Positions 1 through 10,312 of a stretch of DNA of 64,000 bases are shown here, one piece after another; the stretch's first letter is position 1, and the number at the start of each line of letters is the position of its first letter. The notes under the pieces are model-generated. The model did no database searches, had not been told where the DNA came from, and saw only the letters and a list, made by a program, of their open reading frames with translations. The stretch spans positions 132,432,407 to 132,496,406 of the forward strand of contig NC_052156.1 of NCBI RefSeq assembly GCF_902713615.1, in the 5' to 3' direction. The stretch comes from Scyliorhinus canicula. Lineage: Eukaryota. Both the position numbers and the translations under genes were made by a program.

Positions 1-224
1 ATTGTCTAGCATCCCATTCAAACTATGAGACCTAGACACTTGCCTGAACACTGGAGGCGTCAGCACAATACAGGCAGCAGCCAACAATCAAACACCTTAG
101 AGCTGGGCTTCAGCAATGGGGTTATCCCCGCGACCAGAGGGTCTGTGTGTGTGGATCGAGGAGGGAACCTGAAGCCAGTCCAACCTATGTTTCGGGCAGA
201 GGTCTGGGGTCCGGGGTCTGGGAT

Positions 225-410
225 CCGGTGCGAAGACCCGATGTAATGAGGCCCATGTGACCACCTGTGCAACCACTGAGCAGTGCATCAGACTGCACAA
301 GATTTGGTTTTAATGCTTCGACTGTTCGGGGGGTGTACTACAGTGCACCCAGAGGGTCTCCCGTTTTCTGGTGGTCTGCTGTGCCCTCCACAACCTGGCA
401 CAGCAGTGGA
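225..410 (+). pseudogene. PIF/Harbinger transposase (HARBI1-like nuclease), C-terminal fragment, decayed
   Basis: Manual translation gives PVRRP...CNEAHVTTCATTEQCIRLHKIWF*CFDCSGGVLQCTQRVSRFLVVCCALHNLAQQW. This matches the Harbinger YN.AH..TR..IE..IG.LK.RFRCLD.SGG.LQY...CC.LHN motif and carries a stop codon. Confidence 0.8.
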
Positions 411-1099
411 ACAATGTACTGTAGGTGGAGGAGGAGGGGCATGTGTCCTTATCTGAGGATTGGCCAGACCAGTAGGGGCTGGGAGGACCTGTGGGAGCAG
501 CTGGTGGATAGAGGACTGGCGGCGACGGTATGAGTCCGGCATGTCCGGAGTACCAGAAAGGCCCTCACCTTCACCCACTTCTCACAAGATGAGGCTTTAT
601 CCATCATCACATGCCCTGTCCCCATCCCACCTTCTCCATCCCCCCCCCCCCCCCCCCCCCCCCCCCCACACCGGGCCACCTTACTTGCCCTCAACTACCA
701 TTGACCACGCTGTTCCACCCTCCCATGGTCTGTGTAAGGTCACTCTAGGGTAATTGGCCTATGTCGGCGCTGTCAGTACGTCAATAAACAAGGCAGGAGG
801 GTGATGAGAAGCCGCTGTGAGGAAAGGTCTGGTAATCCTCAATCGATGCCATAGTCTGACTCGTGCCTTTCTGCTGACAGCATGCGCAACCCATTACCTG
901 CATATGCTATGCCTCTGGGGGGCCACATATCCAGGACCACTGTGCCCGGGGTGCTGGAGCCTGGGGAGCGTGAGGGCATCTGTGAGCTGAGATGGCACAG
1001 AATGGAATAATATCACAGAGGCTCCACATGTCTCGCGTGTAACGTGTTTTGATTCTGTACAATCAAATCTCGAATTGTTTATTGCTACGATGGTCCAAC

Positions 1100-1830
1100 C
1101 CCTCCCCATCAGTACCCTCTCAGTGATTGTCTATCGTCTTTGCACTCCATGCTCTGCCATTACGTCTAGGTGTGTCCCCAAGATACATATCAGAGGTGGA
1201 GGCAGCCTGCTGCTTTCCATGCCCTGTGGCCTTTGCTGCCCCTAGCGTGCGTCTTCTGGAGTGCATGGGGCCAGAGGTCCTCGGCCAACTTCCTGGTGGC
1301 ACACGCCTCGCCATTGTCTGCACCATGGTGTTGACGCCCTCAGCGATGCTCCTCTGGGGCTGGGCCACGCTCATTGGCGCCGTGGCAATGTCCACCTGCA
1401 TCTGGGACACATTCATTAGCAACTGGGTCATGCTCTGGATTGTCTTTGCAAGGTCCACATGTGTTTGGGACTCTTCCCCCATCGACTGGGACAGGATGTC
1501 GAGACGCTCTGCCATTGCCGTCGCCGACTGAGCAATGCCTTGGACACCATCACTCATGGTGCTGACATTGTGTTGCAGGCTTCCAACTGCGGTCGCCATC
1601 CTAGCAGTGTTGGGCTCAGTGCCATGCATTGCTGGTGCCAAGTCCTTCACCCGTAGCCTTTTGAATTCCTACAATCGTTCATGGACCCGCTGAAATGTCA
1701 CAGACATCTCCCCCCGTATCTCACGTCTGCACCTTCGCGTTTGTATCAGCTCTGGGATAATCTTGTCCAGAGACTCAGCATCTGACTGGAATCCAGCTGG
1801 GTCCTGAAATCCAGCAGATCTCCGACTGCT
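1100..1830 (-). pseudogene. C-terminal coiled-coil part of the Harbinger second (Myb/SANT-like) gene, convergent with the nuclease fragment
   Basis: ORF 1120..1650 is a heptad-like A/S/Q/M/T-rich coil. Its orientation matches the nuclease(+)/Myb(-) pair at 31-37.7 kb, and 1150-1270 resembles 33250-33380. Confidence 0.6.
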
Positions 1831-1984
1831 ATCTCTGATATATGTCTGAAGGACATATAGGTTGACAATCGCCACGTTTAGCCACATTATTATTGCACCT
1901 TCCATGGTCATCAAGTCCTGAAGTGTTCCTTGAACCCAGAGCTTCTGGCTTAGAGGCCACAAGGCCTCAATCCTTACTCGAGAG

Positions 1985-2324
1985 ATGTGGTTTCCAACCT
2001 TTTATATGTCATGGCACACCCCATACTATAAAAAGATTTTGAGGCACACCGCCTATGTTCTCTGCTTTCTTCCCTTATTGGGAACATAGTTTTTAACCTC
2101 ACCCTGTCTCTCGGGCTACTCCCAGGGTTTTTACGGCCTTCTTGGGTTTTCGCTTTTTGTGCAGGCCCAAGATTCATCAGGTCTTAGAGATGCCAACCAC
2201 AAGAGTTGAACCGAAGGTTAGTTTTAGATTAGTTACATGAATTTTTGAATCGTTTTGAATCTTTTTTCACGGCACACTTGGGGGGGGGTCTTCACATCAC
2301 CATCACACTTGTTGGAAACCAATG
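1985..2324. mobile_element. hAT-like non-autonomous DNA transposon (MITE), old
   Basis: TIRs (ATG)TGGTTTCCAAC ... GTTGGAAACCA(ATG). Flanking 8-mers CTCGAGAG / CCTTAGAG look like a degenerate 8-bp TSD. Confidence 0.5.
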
Positions 2325-3523
2325 CCTTAGAGGGTTGTTTTGCCTACATATCAGGGGAGTCAATTTCCAGGAGTTTATAACCTAGGACCAAAAAACACAG
2401 TTTGATTTATTCATTGAACAGCGATTTGAATGAGGAGATAGGCCTGCTGCGAGCAGGTTTTTGAACAAAAAAGAATAATTTGCATTTTACAAATATGAAT
2501 GATGCAGAAAAACATTAGAAACAAGCTACACTCTATTATAGCAGCCTCAGTGTTATGTTAAAATGTAACATATTGTACCGTTGATCGTAATTTCTTGCCA
2601 GAACTAATCTCGACCTCCGTATGCACACTTCTTACCGTGCTGGCATGTAAAGTCTAGTAATTAGAACTTGAAACCACAAATATCATTCTACACAATTGAA
2701 TAAAAATTGAACTTGCTGCTGTGGAGCATCATTACATGCTTGTTGAGATAAATCCATTGCTTTGAATCCATTAACCTTTCAATGTGTGGCACTATCTTCC
2801 ACTGCTGAAGATTAGCTGGTGACACATTTATCAAAGGATGATAAATGAGCTGTCTTTCCACATGTCTGATTGTTTGACCTTTATTCAGCTAATGGCACCT
2901 GGAGTTGACAGTGTTAAGTGGTGCCAGTCTAAAACGAAACTGAACCTCGGAATTAATGCTTGAAAGTGTCTGTAATAATACACTACCATTCAAGATGACC
3001 TGAACACAAATCACAAAAAAGTTGTAATGATTGCCTTTGAAGTACCCAGATAATAGACTAGAATAGGTTGCTTCTTGGGAAATGTGCAAACCATGCTAAC
3101 ATATTTATAATGAAAGTCAATCAAATTAAATCTCAATTTTTGATGCAGATAAAAGAATAAACTAAATCTTTAAAGTGAATTTCAATGCATTTCCTGACTG
3201 GTTTAGTTGTAAGAATTATCTCAGAGATCCTTGTCAAATACTATTCTTAAACACATTCTGAGCAAGGCGACCAATATAATTCATTGTATACAATGCAAAA
3301 TTGATATTATTACTTAATTTGAAGGTTATGCACAATATGAAATTACATAAAAATTAGCTCGTACTTTATCATTGAAAATGCAGAATGTGGAGTAATGAAT
3401 TTTCAGAATGTAATTAAGTGGTTTAAATGGAAAACTTTAAGACTCTATAAGGTGACATTGGGTCCTCGAGGCCTAGTCGTACAAGAGTTTAGAATAATAG
3501 AGGGAATCTCATTCAAACATATA

Positions 3524-4261
3524 GGGCGCGATTCTCCGCACTCACGACGGGGCGGAGAATAGCGGGCGGCGTAAATTTTTACGGCCACGCTGGTCCGACG
3601 CCCTCCCGCTATTCTCCCCACACAACGCCCGCCTCCCGACACGAATCGCTGCCCGCCGTTTTTTTACGGCGAGCAGTGATTCACCCCTGGCCGATGGGCT
3701 GATTTCCAAGGCCTTTACGACCGTTTTTATGAACGTAAAACACACCTGGTCTGACCGTTCGTAAAAATGGCAGTAAAGTCCTGATCTGGGGAACCATGGC
3801 ACCAATTGGCACGGCCGTACCACGGCCGTGCCAAGGGTGCCATGGGCCCGCGATCGGTGGGCACCGATCGCGGGCAGCAGGTACTTACCCCACGCACTCT
3901 TTCTCCCTCCGCCGCCCCGCTGTATCCATTCGCGGGGCGGCTGAGGAGCATACCGGCCCGCGCATGCGTGGGTTTCACGCATATGCGTGATGACGTCATC
4001 CGCGCATACGCGGGTTGGAGTCGTCCAATCCGCGCATGCGCGGCTGACATCATCTGACGCGTCAGCCGTCGCTAACTCTGGCTAGCGGGCTTAACAAAAT
4101 TCGTTAAGCCCGCGATGCCGGAGTTCACGGCCGTGCGGTACTAGCCCCGACCGGGGAGCTGAATCGGTTCCCGGTCGGGGGGGGGGGCGGAGGCTGGCGT
4201 CAAACCCGCCCGTTTTTGATGCCAGCTTCCCGAGTCTTCGTGACTCAGGAGAATCGTGCCC
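3524..4261. mobile_element. GC/CpG-rich Harbinger-type MITE (738 bp)
   Basis: TIRs GGGCGCGATTCTCC / GGAGAATCGTGCCC, 3-bp TSD ATA (3521-3523, 4262-4264), no coding capacity. Confidence 0.85.
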
Positions 4262-4264
4262 ATA

Positions 4265-4434
4265 GAGTGGGATTCTCTGCCAGCGGGATTCTCCGTTTTG
4301 CCGGCGCCCAGGGGTTTCCCGACAGCGTGGGGCTGCCCCACAATGGGAAACCCCATTGACCGGCCGGCGTAACGGAGAATCCCGCCGGCAGGTCGAGGCA
4401 GAAAAGTGGCATGGCGGGGCGGAGAATCCAGCCC
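4265..4434. mobile_element. Short Harbinger-type MITE (170 bp)
   Basis: Ends GAGTGGGATTCTCT / GGAGAATCCAGCCC, flanked by ATA on both sides. Related copies lie at about 5880-5980, 42758-42937 and 54930-55031. Confidence 0.8.
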
Positions 4435-5350
4435 ATAAAGATTTGACAGGGTTGGGCAGATTGGATGCAGGGATGATATTTCCTCTGGCTGGTGGGGAAT
4501 AGAACAAAGGGTCACAGACTCAGATTATGGGGTGGGCGATTTAGGACTGAGATGAGGAGAAATTCTCTACCACCGAAGGTTGTGGAAGCCAAGTCACTGA
4601 ACTTATTTAAGACGGAAATAGATGGATATCTAGAAACTAAAGGTGTCAAGGTGTATGGGGAGTGTGCAAGAGTATGGCATTGAGAAAAAGATCAACCATG
4701 ATCATATTGAATGGCTGAGCAAGCTCTAGGGGCTAAATGACCTATTCCTGCTCCTATTTTCTGTTTCTATATATATCTTCAAATATTGTATATTTGTTAA
4801 TGTTCATGCTGTATACAAAAAGTAGACATTAAATAAATCTGATAGGTAGATGTCAGTTTTGAAAGCTTTAACAACTAGTTAGGGTCTTGATGTGATGCTA
4901 AGCAACCAACATAAAATGCATCATCGTTTGGATGAAGTGAGGTTTTTTCACTCATTCAATCTTATCCTTCCAAAATGTGTTTTCTTCTTGTTATAGCATC
5001 TCACTGTTTTTGAAATGAGTCTTTGCCCTGGGCTCAGCTATCCTTCCTGGAAATCTATGCCAGCAGCTGATCTTCTCTGTGAAAGCACAAAGATGCAGCT
5101 TTGGCTGTGTAGCGAGGCCAAGTGCTTAACTCAGGGAATTTGTTAAGTGAGGGAATTCAATGCAGTGAGGGAAGAGGGGCGACCTGGTCTTCAGGAAGAA
5201 AGGAGTTCCCAAAGGAGGGAGTCAAAGGCAGCAAGGCTTGAGAGCTGAAGCTGGGAGGCATTAATTTGGTCAGCAGGGAGATGATAGGTAAGTTTTATGT
5301 TTCCCTCCTCTCTCCAGACTGGGACAACAGTTTAAACTGGCACCGGGGGT

Positions 5351-5384
<34 letters not shown>

Positions 5385-6060
5385 CTGGTTAGAAATAGAG
5401 TGTTACGAATGGAGAGGAAAGATGTCAGCACTTTCCCTTTGTTTCCCACTTCTCAATTGATTATAGCAGAGTTTTTGTGTAAACTGAAAGGATGAAGGTA
5501 CAGTATTAATTCAGTACTATGCTTAACCATTTACGCGCTGATTACAAATAAACCAATCTGATAAGTGTTTAACAAAAGGGTTTGTTTTTCACTGAGCTGA
5601 AACCCCTTCCAGGCAAAGATATAAAGATATTTAAACAGGTAAACCAATGCCCAGACCTTCGCAACACATACACACACAATCACGCAAAATTATAAGTTCT
5701 ACAGGTGGAGGTTGCTCTTTGGCCAAATTAAAATTCACTGATAAGAGGCAAAAAAAAGAGAGAGTTCATTGTTTACGGGTCTGTTACTGGTATCTATGGT
5801 TGAGACATAATATTCCATCGTAGTTTTGAAAGTTCCAGTGAAGTTGATGCTGATGCAAACTGTAGTTTCTAGAGATAGTGGACGGGATTCTCCGCTTTGC
5901 CGGCAGCACACTCATGCCCGCGGATTTCCCAATGGTTACTTAATAGTTACAATGGTTAACCCCATTGGCCGACTGCCAATGTGTGAATGATTGCAGCTCA
6001 AGGATCACAGGGGGTTTAAACCCAGCTGACTGTTTTTCTCTTTCCAGGAATTGACACCAG

Positions 6061-6639
6061 GGGCGGTATTCTCCCCTACCCAGCGGGGCGGGGGGTCCCG
6101 GCGTACCAGAGTGGTGCCAACCATTCCGGCGTCAGGCCTCCCCAAAGGTGCGGAATTCTCCGCGAACGGCTGGGTGTAAGGTCTTCGCCGGCCAGCGTGA
6201 GGCCACGCATGCGCCGGAGCGTCAGCGGTCGCTCACGTCATCCCGGCAGAGCGCGGTAGGGGGGGTCTCTTCCGCCTCCGCCATGGTGGAGGCTGTGGCG
6301 GCGGCGGAAGAAAAAGTGTGCCCCCACGGCACTGGCACGCCCGGCAATCGGTGGGCCCCAATCGCGGGCCAGGCCACCGTGGGGGCACCCCCCCAGGGTC
6401 TGATCGCCCCGCGCCCCCCTCCCCAGGACCCTGGGGACCGCTCAGGAGAGGCCTGACAGCGGCGGGACTTCGGCCCATCGAGGACAGGAGAATCGCCGCG
6501 GGCGTCCACCGACCGGCGCGGCTTGATTCCCACCCCCGCCGATTCCCGGGTGGCAGAGAATTCCGGCCACGGCGGGGGCGGGATTTACGAAGGCCCCAGG
6601 CGATTCCCCAACCCTGCGGTGGGTCGGAGAATTCCGCCC
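6061..6639. mobile_element. GC-rich Harbinger-type MITE (579 bp)
   Basis: TIRs GGGCGGTATTCTCC / GGAGAATTCCGCCC, flanks CAG / CTG. Shares the central ATCGGTGGGC.C..ATCGCGGGC palindrome with 3524-4261. Confidence 0.85.
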
Positions 6640-6781
6640 CTGATGCTTTATGTGTCAAGCCAGCAGGTGGATTGCCCAGGTGAGTGTTACAACAGTAACA
6701 GTTTTCACTGCCACTGACTGGACTGCTCTCTAGCTTCCAGACAGGGGTCTATTTTCTGGGGAATTTGACACGGATCTCTTT

Positions 6782-6956
6782 TCTGGTTTAGCACAGTGGG
6801 CTAAGACAGCTGGCTTGTAATGCAGAACAAGACCAGCAGCACAGGTTCAATTCCTGTTCCAGCCTCCCCGAACAGGCCCTGGAATGTGGCGACTAGGGGC
6901 TCTTCACAGTAACTTCAGTGAAACCTACTTTTGACAATAAGCGATTATTATTATTT
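6782..6956 (+). mobile_element. tRNA-derived SINE with a Rex/Babar-like tail (family C)
   Basis: A box TTTAGCACAGTGG, B box GGTTCAATTCC, tail TTCACAGTAACTTC...TGACAATAAGCG(ATT)n. Other copies at 19495-19660(-), 45270-45440(+) and 56046-56220(+). Confidence 0.75.
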
Positions 6957-7971
6957 ACAGGGGTCTGTGGAGGTCTCCTTATTTAGGGGGTCTCTGGAAG
7001 GTCTGTTTATTTAGGGGTTCTCTTTATTTAGGCTGCCTCTGGAGTTGAGGGTTGGTCACTCCAATCATTGGGGAATGTGGGGGACCCAGGAAGTTCGGGG
7101 GTGAGTGGCTGAATTGTGATGCAGGGGTGAAGGTCATGGATGGCAGGTTGTGGGGGAGCAGTTCCCAAAACTGAGAATTTCGCCCAATTTCACTGGCTGA
7201 CACATGATAAGCCAATGGCTCTAATTTCAGATGAATAGAGCTTTTGCACACCCAGAAAACTGTGGAAGAACATGTAATAAAACAGAATTTAACCAATTCG
7301 GTCAATAAATCAGTTGCTCTGCTGTTTTCCTGCTACTTGAGCTCACTGCCACATTTTGTCAGTGCTATACTACAGACTATTCCTGAAATGAAAGCAATCA
7401 AGTGACAGCAGTCGATTAATGAATGAAGACTTCGAAATCACTGTTCATCCCAGTGCATTAGAGCCTTAATTCTAATCACTGTACTGTGTTAAATTGATGT
7501 AGCTCATTCAGATTTAATAGGATTTAAAGCAGTTTTGCCCTGATTAGCATCATTCCCATCTCTTGAACATCTCCAACCACTTTAACATTAGAAAACCTAT
7601 TGCTTTGCAACTGACAAGTGACTGGAGGTGCTGATGGCTTGGTAAGGATTGATGCCAGCTTCAACATGTGCATTACAATACTGATGCTGAAAGTGTCCCA
7701 AGTCTAAGAGGCAAGTCAGGCAGCTCCGCCACCTCTGGAGGCCGAGACACTGTAAACAATGTAAACAATAGCAATTAATTCCTATTGTTCGGAATAGGAC
7801 CCCCTTCCCCACTCAGCCTTGGTTGCATTGACCCTTGCACCTTTTAGTCCTTTAGATAAATGCTTAAAGGATCAAAAGCTGAAGACATCTTTTAGATCAT
7901 AAAAACAGAAAATGGCAGTAATATTCAGGAGGTCTGGCAGTATTGGTGGAGAGAGAATCAGAATTAACTTA

Positions 7972-8398
7972 TCATCACAGATCATTAAGTACATGGGAAG
8001 AAAATGGAATAAAAGAAAATACATAATAGGACAACACAACATATACAATGTAACGACATAAGCACTGGCATTGGATGAAGCATACAAGTTGTAGTGTTAA
8101 TGAGGTCAGCCCATAAGAGAGTAATTTAGGAGTCTGGTGACAGCGGGGAAGAAGCTGTTTTTGAGTCTGTTCGTGCGTGTTCTCAGACTTCTGCATCTCA
8201 TGCCTGATGGAAGAAGTTGGAAGAGTGAGTAAGCCAGGTGGGAGGGATCTTTGATTATGCTGCCCGCTTTCCCCAGGCAGCAGGAGGTGTAGATGGAGTC
8301 AGTGGATAGGAGGCAGGTTTGTGTGATGGACTGGGCGGTGTTCACCTCTCTCTGAAGTTTCTTGCGGTCCTGGGCCGAGCAGTTCCCATACCAGGCAA
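7972..8398 (-). mobile_element. Rex1/Babar LINE 3' fragment
   Basis: ORF 8106..8510 contains IAWYGNCSAQDRKKLQR...IIKDPSH...LFQLLPSG.R.RSLRTRTNRLKNSFFP, the typical Rex/Babar RT C-terminus. Confidence 0.85.
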
Positions 8399-9102
8399 TC
8401 AACGATGGTTGATTGTTGTAAAAGCTCACCTGGTTCATTAATAAGCCATCCTTCCCTGGCTTGGCCCTCATGTGACTCCAGATACCAGGTTGACTCTTAA
8501 ATTCCTTCAAAAATGCAAGCTACTCTGCTGTATCAAACTGCTACAAAGCCAAAATGGAATGAAACCGGACAGACCACCTGTCCCACTGACAGGATAGACC
8601 TACAAGAGGTGGGGGAGCAGCTATATCCAGTCAGAAGGGAGGTACCCTGGGAGTCCTCAATATTGATTTCAGACCCATAAAGTTTCAAGGATTCAGGTCA
8701 AACATGAGCACCGGAAATGACAACAGCACACCCAGCCCTGTCAACCCTGCATAGTCCTCCCTACTTACACCTGCCAAAATTGGGTGAGCTGTCCCAGAGA
8801 CTAGGATATGATTCAATGAGTATGCCCATGTTAGAGAAAACATCACCATCCCTGAGTATGTCCTGTTCCACTGACAGACGCACAAGAGGTGAGGAAACAG
8901 CCATATACAGTCGGAATGGAGTTATTCTGGGAGTCCTCAATATTGACTCCAGACCCCACAAAGTCTCATGGCATCAAGTCAAGCATGGGCTTGAAAACTC
9001 ATAGGAACAAGAATAGGCCATTCAGCCCCTCAAGCCTGTCCTTCAGTTCAATGAGATTGTGGCTGATCTGTGACCTAACTCCATAAACCTGCCTTTGGCT
9101 CA

Positions 9103-9167
9103 CAGAAAAATACTTTTCACTGTACCTTGGTACATGTGACAATAAACAAATCCAATCCAATCCAATC
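9103..9167 (+). mobile_element. Rex/Babar-type LINE 3' tail
   Basis: TACTTTTCACTGTACCTTGGTACATGTGACAATAAAC followed by (AATCC)n. Confidence 0.6.
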
Positions 9168-9678
9168 CCCCAGATGATGAATCAGTACTTTTCCAGTTTG
9201 ACTTTCCGGTCCATCTTCATAAGATAACCTTCTCATTCCAGGTATCAATCTAGTAAACCTCCTCTGAACTGCCTCTAAGCCATTTACATCCTTCCTTAAA
9301 TAAGGAGGCCATCACATAGTATGTGGTCTCACAATGCCATGTATAATTAAAGTATAACATCCTTACTTTTATATTCAATTCCTCTCATTAAGAAAGGAAA
9401 GCATTTTGTTCCTCTTCTTTATTTTTTTTTCGTGACTCATGCACTAAAACACCTAGATCCCTCCACACCTTGGAATTCTGCAGTCATTTTCCATTTAAGT
9501 AATGCTCTACGTTTTGTTCCTGCTGCCAAAGTGAACAATTTCACATTTTCTCAAATTCTACTCCATCTGTCAGGTTTTTGTCCGCTTTCATATCTATATC
9601 TGTCTGCAACCACTTTATGTCTCCTCTACATTGTACTTTCCTACCTATCATTATTTCATCTGCAAATTTAGCTGCTAT

Positions 9679-10312
9679 GGGCGGAATTCTCCGCAACGGC
9701 ATCGGAGGCTGCTCCTTGCCCCCTATTCTCCCCCCCCCCCCCGGGAAGGGGGGGGGGGGGGGGGGGGGGGCTAGGAGCGGCGTTTCGTGAAACTCGGCCA
9801 CCGGGCCTTGACGCTGGCGTCAAGGTGGTGCGCCGATAATGACGCTGCCGGCGGCGCCTTAGTGACATCATCCGCGCATGCACGGTTGCCGTCTTCCCCT
9901 CCGCTGCCCCGCAAGACATGGCAGCTTGATCTTGCGGGGCGGTGGAGGGGAAAGAGTGCGTCTCTTGGAGACGTCGGCCCGACGATCGGTGGGCACCGAT
10001 CGCGGGCCAGTACCCTCCCGTGCACGGCCGTGGTGCTCGATCCCCTCTACGCCCCCCACAGGCTCCAAACTTACCTTTCGTGCTATGTTCACGCCGGCAG
10101 CGACCAGTTGCTGCTGGCGTGAACAGGTCGGGAACGGCAGGCCGCTCGGCCCATCTGGGCCGTAGAGTCGCGGGGTTGCCGGGAAAAATGGCAACCCACG
10201 ATTCTCCGAGCGGCGTGTCGCAAAACATGACACGCCATTTTGGGGGGTGGGAGAATCAGAGCGGCCCTCCCGCGATTCTCTCACCCGGCCTGGGGAGCGG
10301 AGAATCACGCCC
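9679..10312. mobile_element. GC-rich Harbinger-type MITE (634 bp)
   Basis: TIRs GGGCGGAATTCTCC / GGAGAATCACGCCC, flanks TAT / CAT, central CGATCGGTGGGCACCGATCG palindrome. Inserted in CR1. Confidence 0.85.

Larger units (their letters stand above)
3450..4770 (+). mobile_element. CR1 LINE 3' end, interrupted by two MITEs
   Basis: RT C-terminal motifs (RGNLIQTY..., RTKGHRLRLWGGRFRTEMRRN, KSLNLFKTEIDGYLE) and the CR1 3' tail CCTATTCCTGCTCCTATTTTCT. Confidence 0.8.

Noticed and set aside
460-753. Poly-proline and poly-glycine ORFs
   Set aside because: They are translations of C/G homopolymer runs.
1120-1650. Bacterial methyl-accepting chemotaxis protein or horizontal transfer
   Set aside because: The resemblance is only compositional coiled coil. 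There is no MCP signalling signature, and the context is a Harbinger element.
3542-4515. Many overlapping 60-190 aa ORFs in GC-rich blocks (also 6148-6717 and 9541-10346)
   Set aside because: They reflect stop-codon scarcity in GC-rich MITEs and show no domain motifs.
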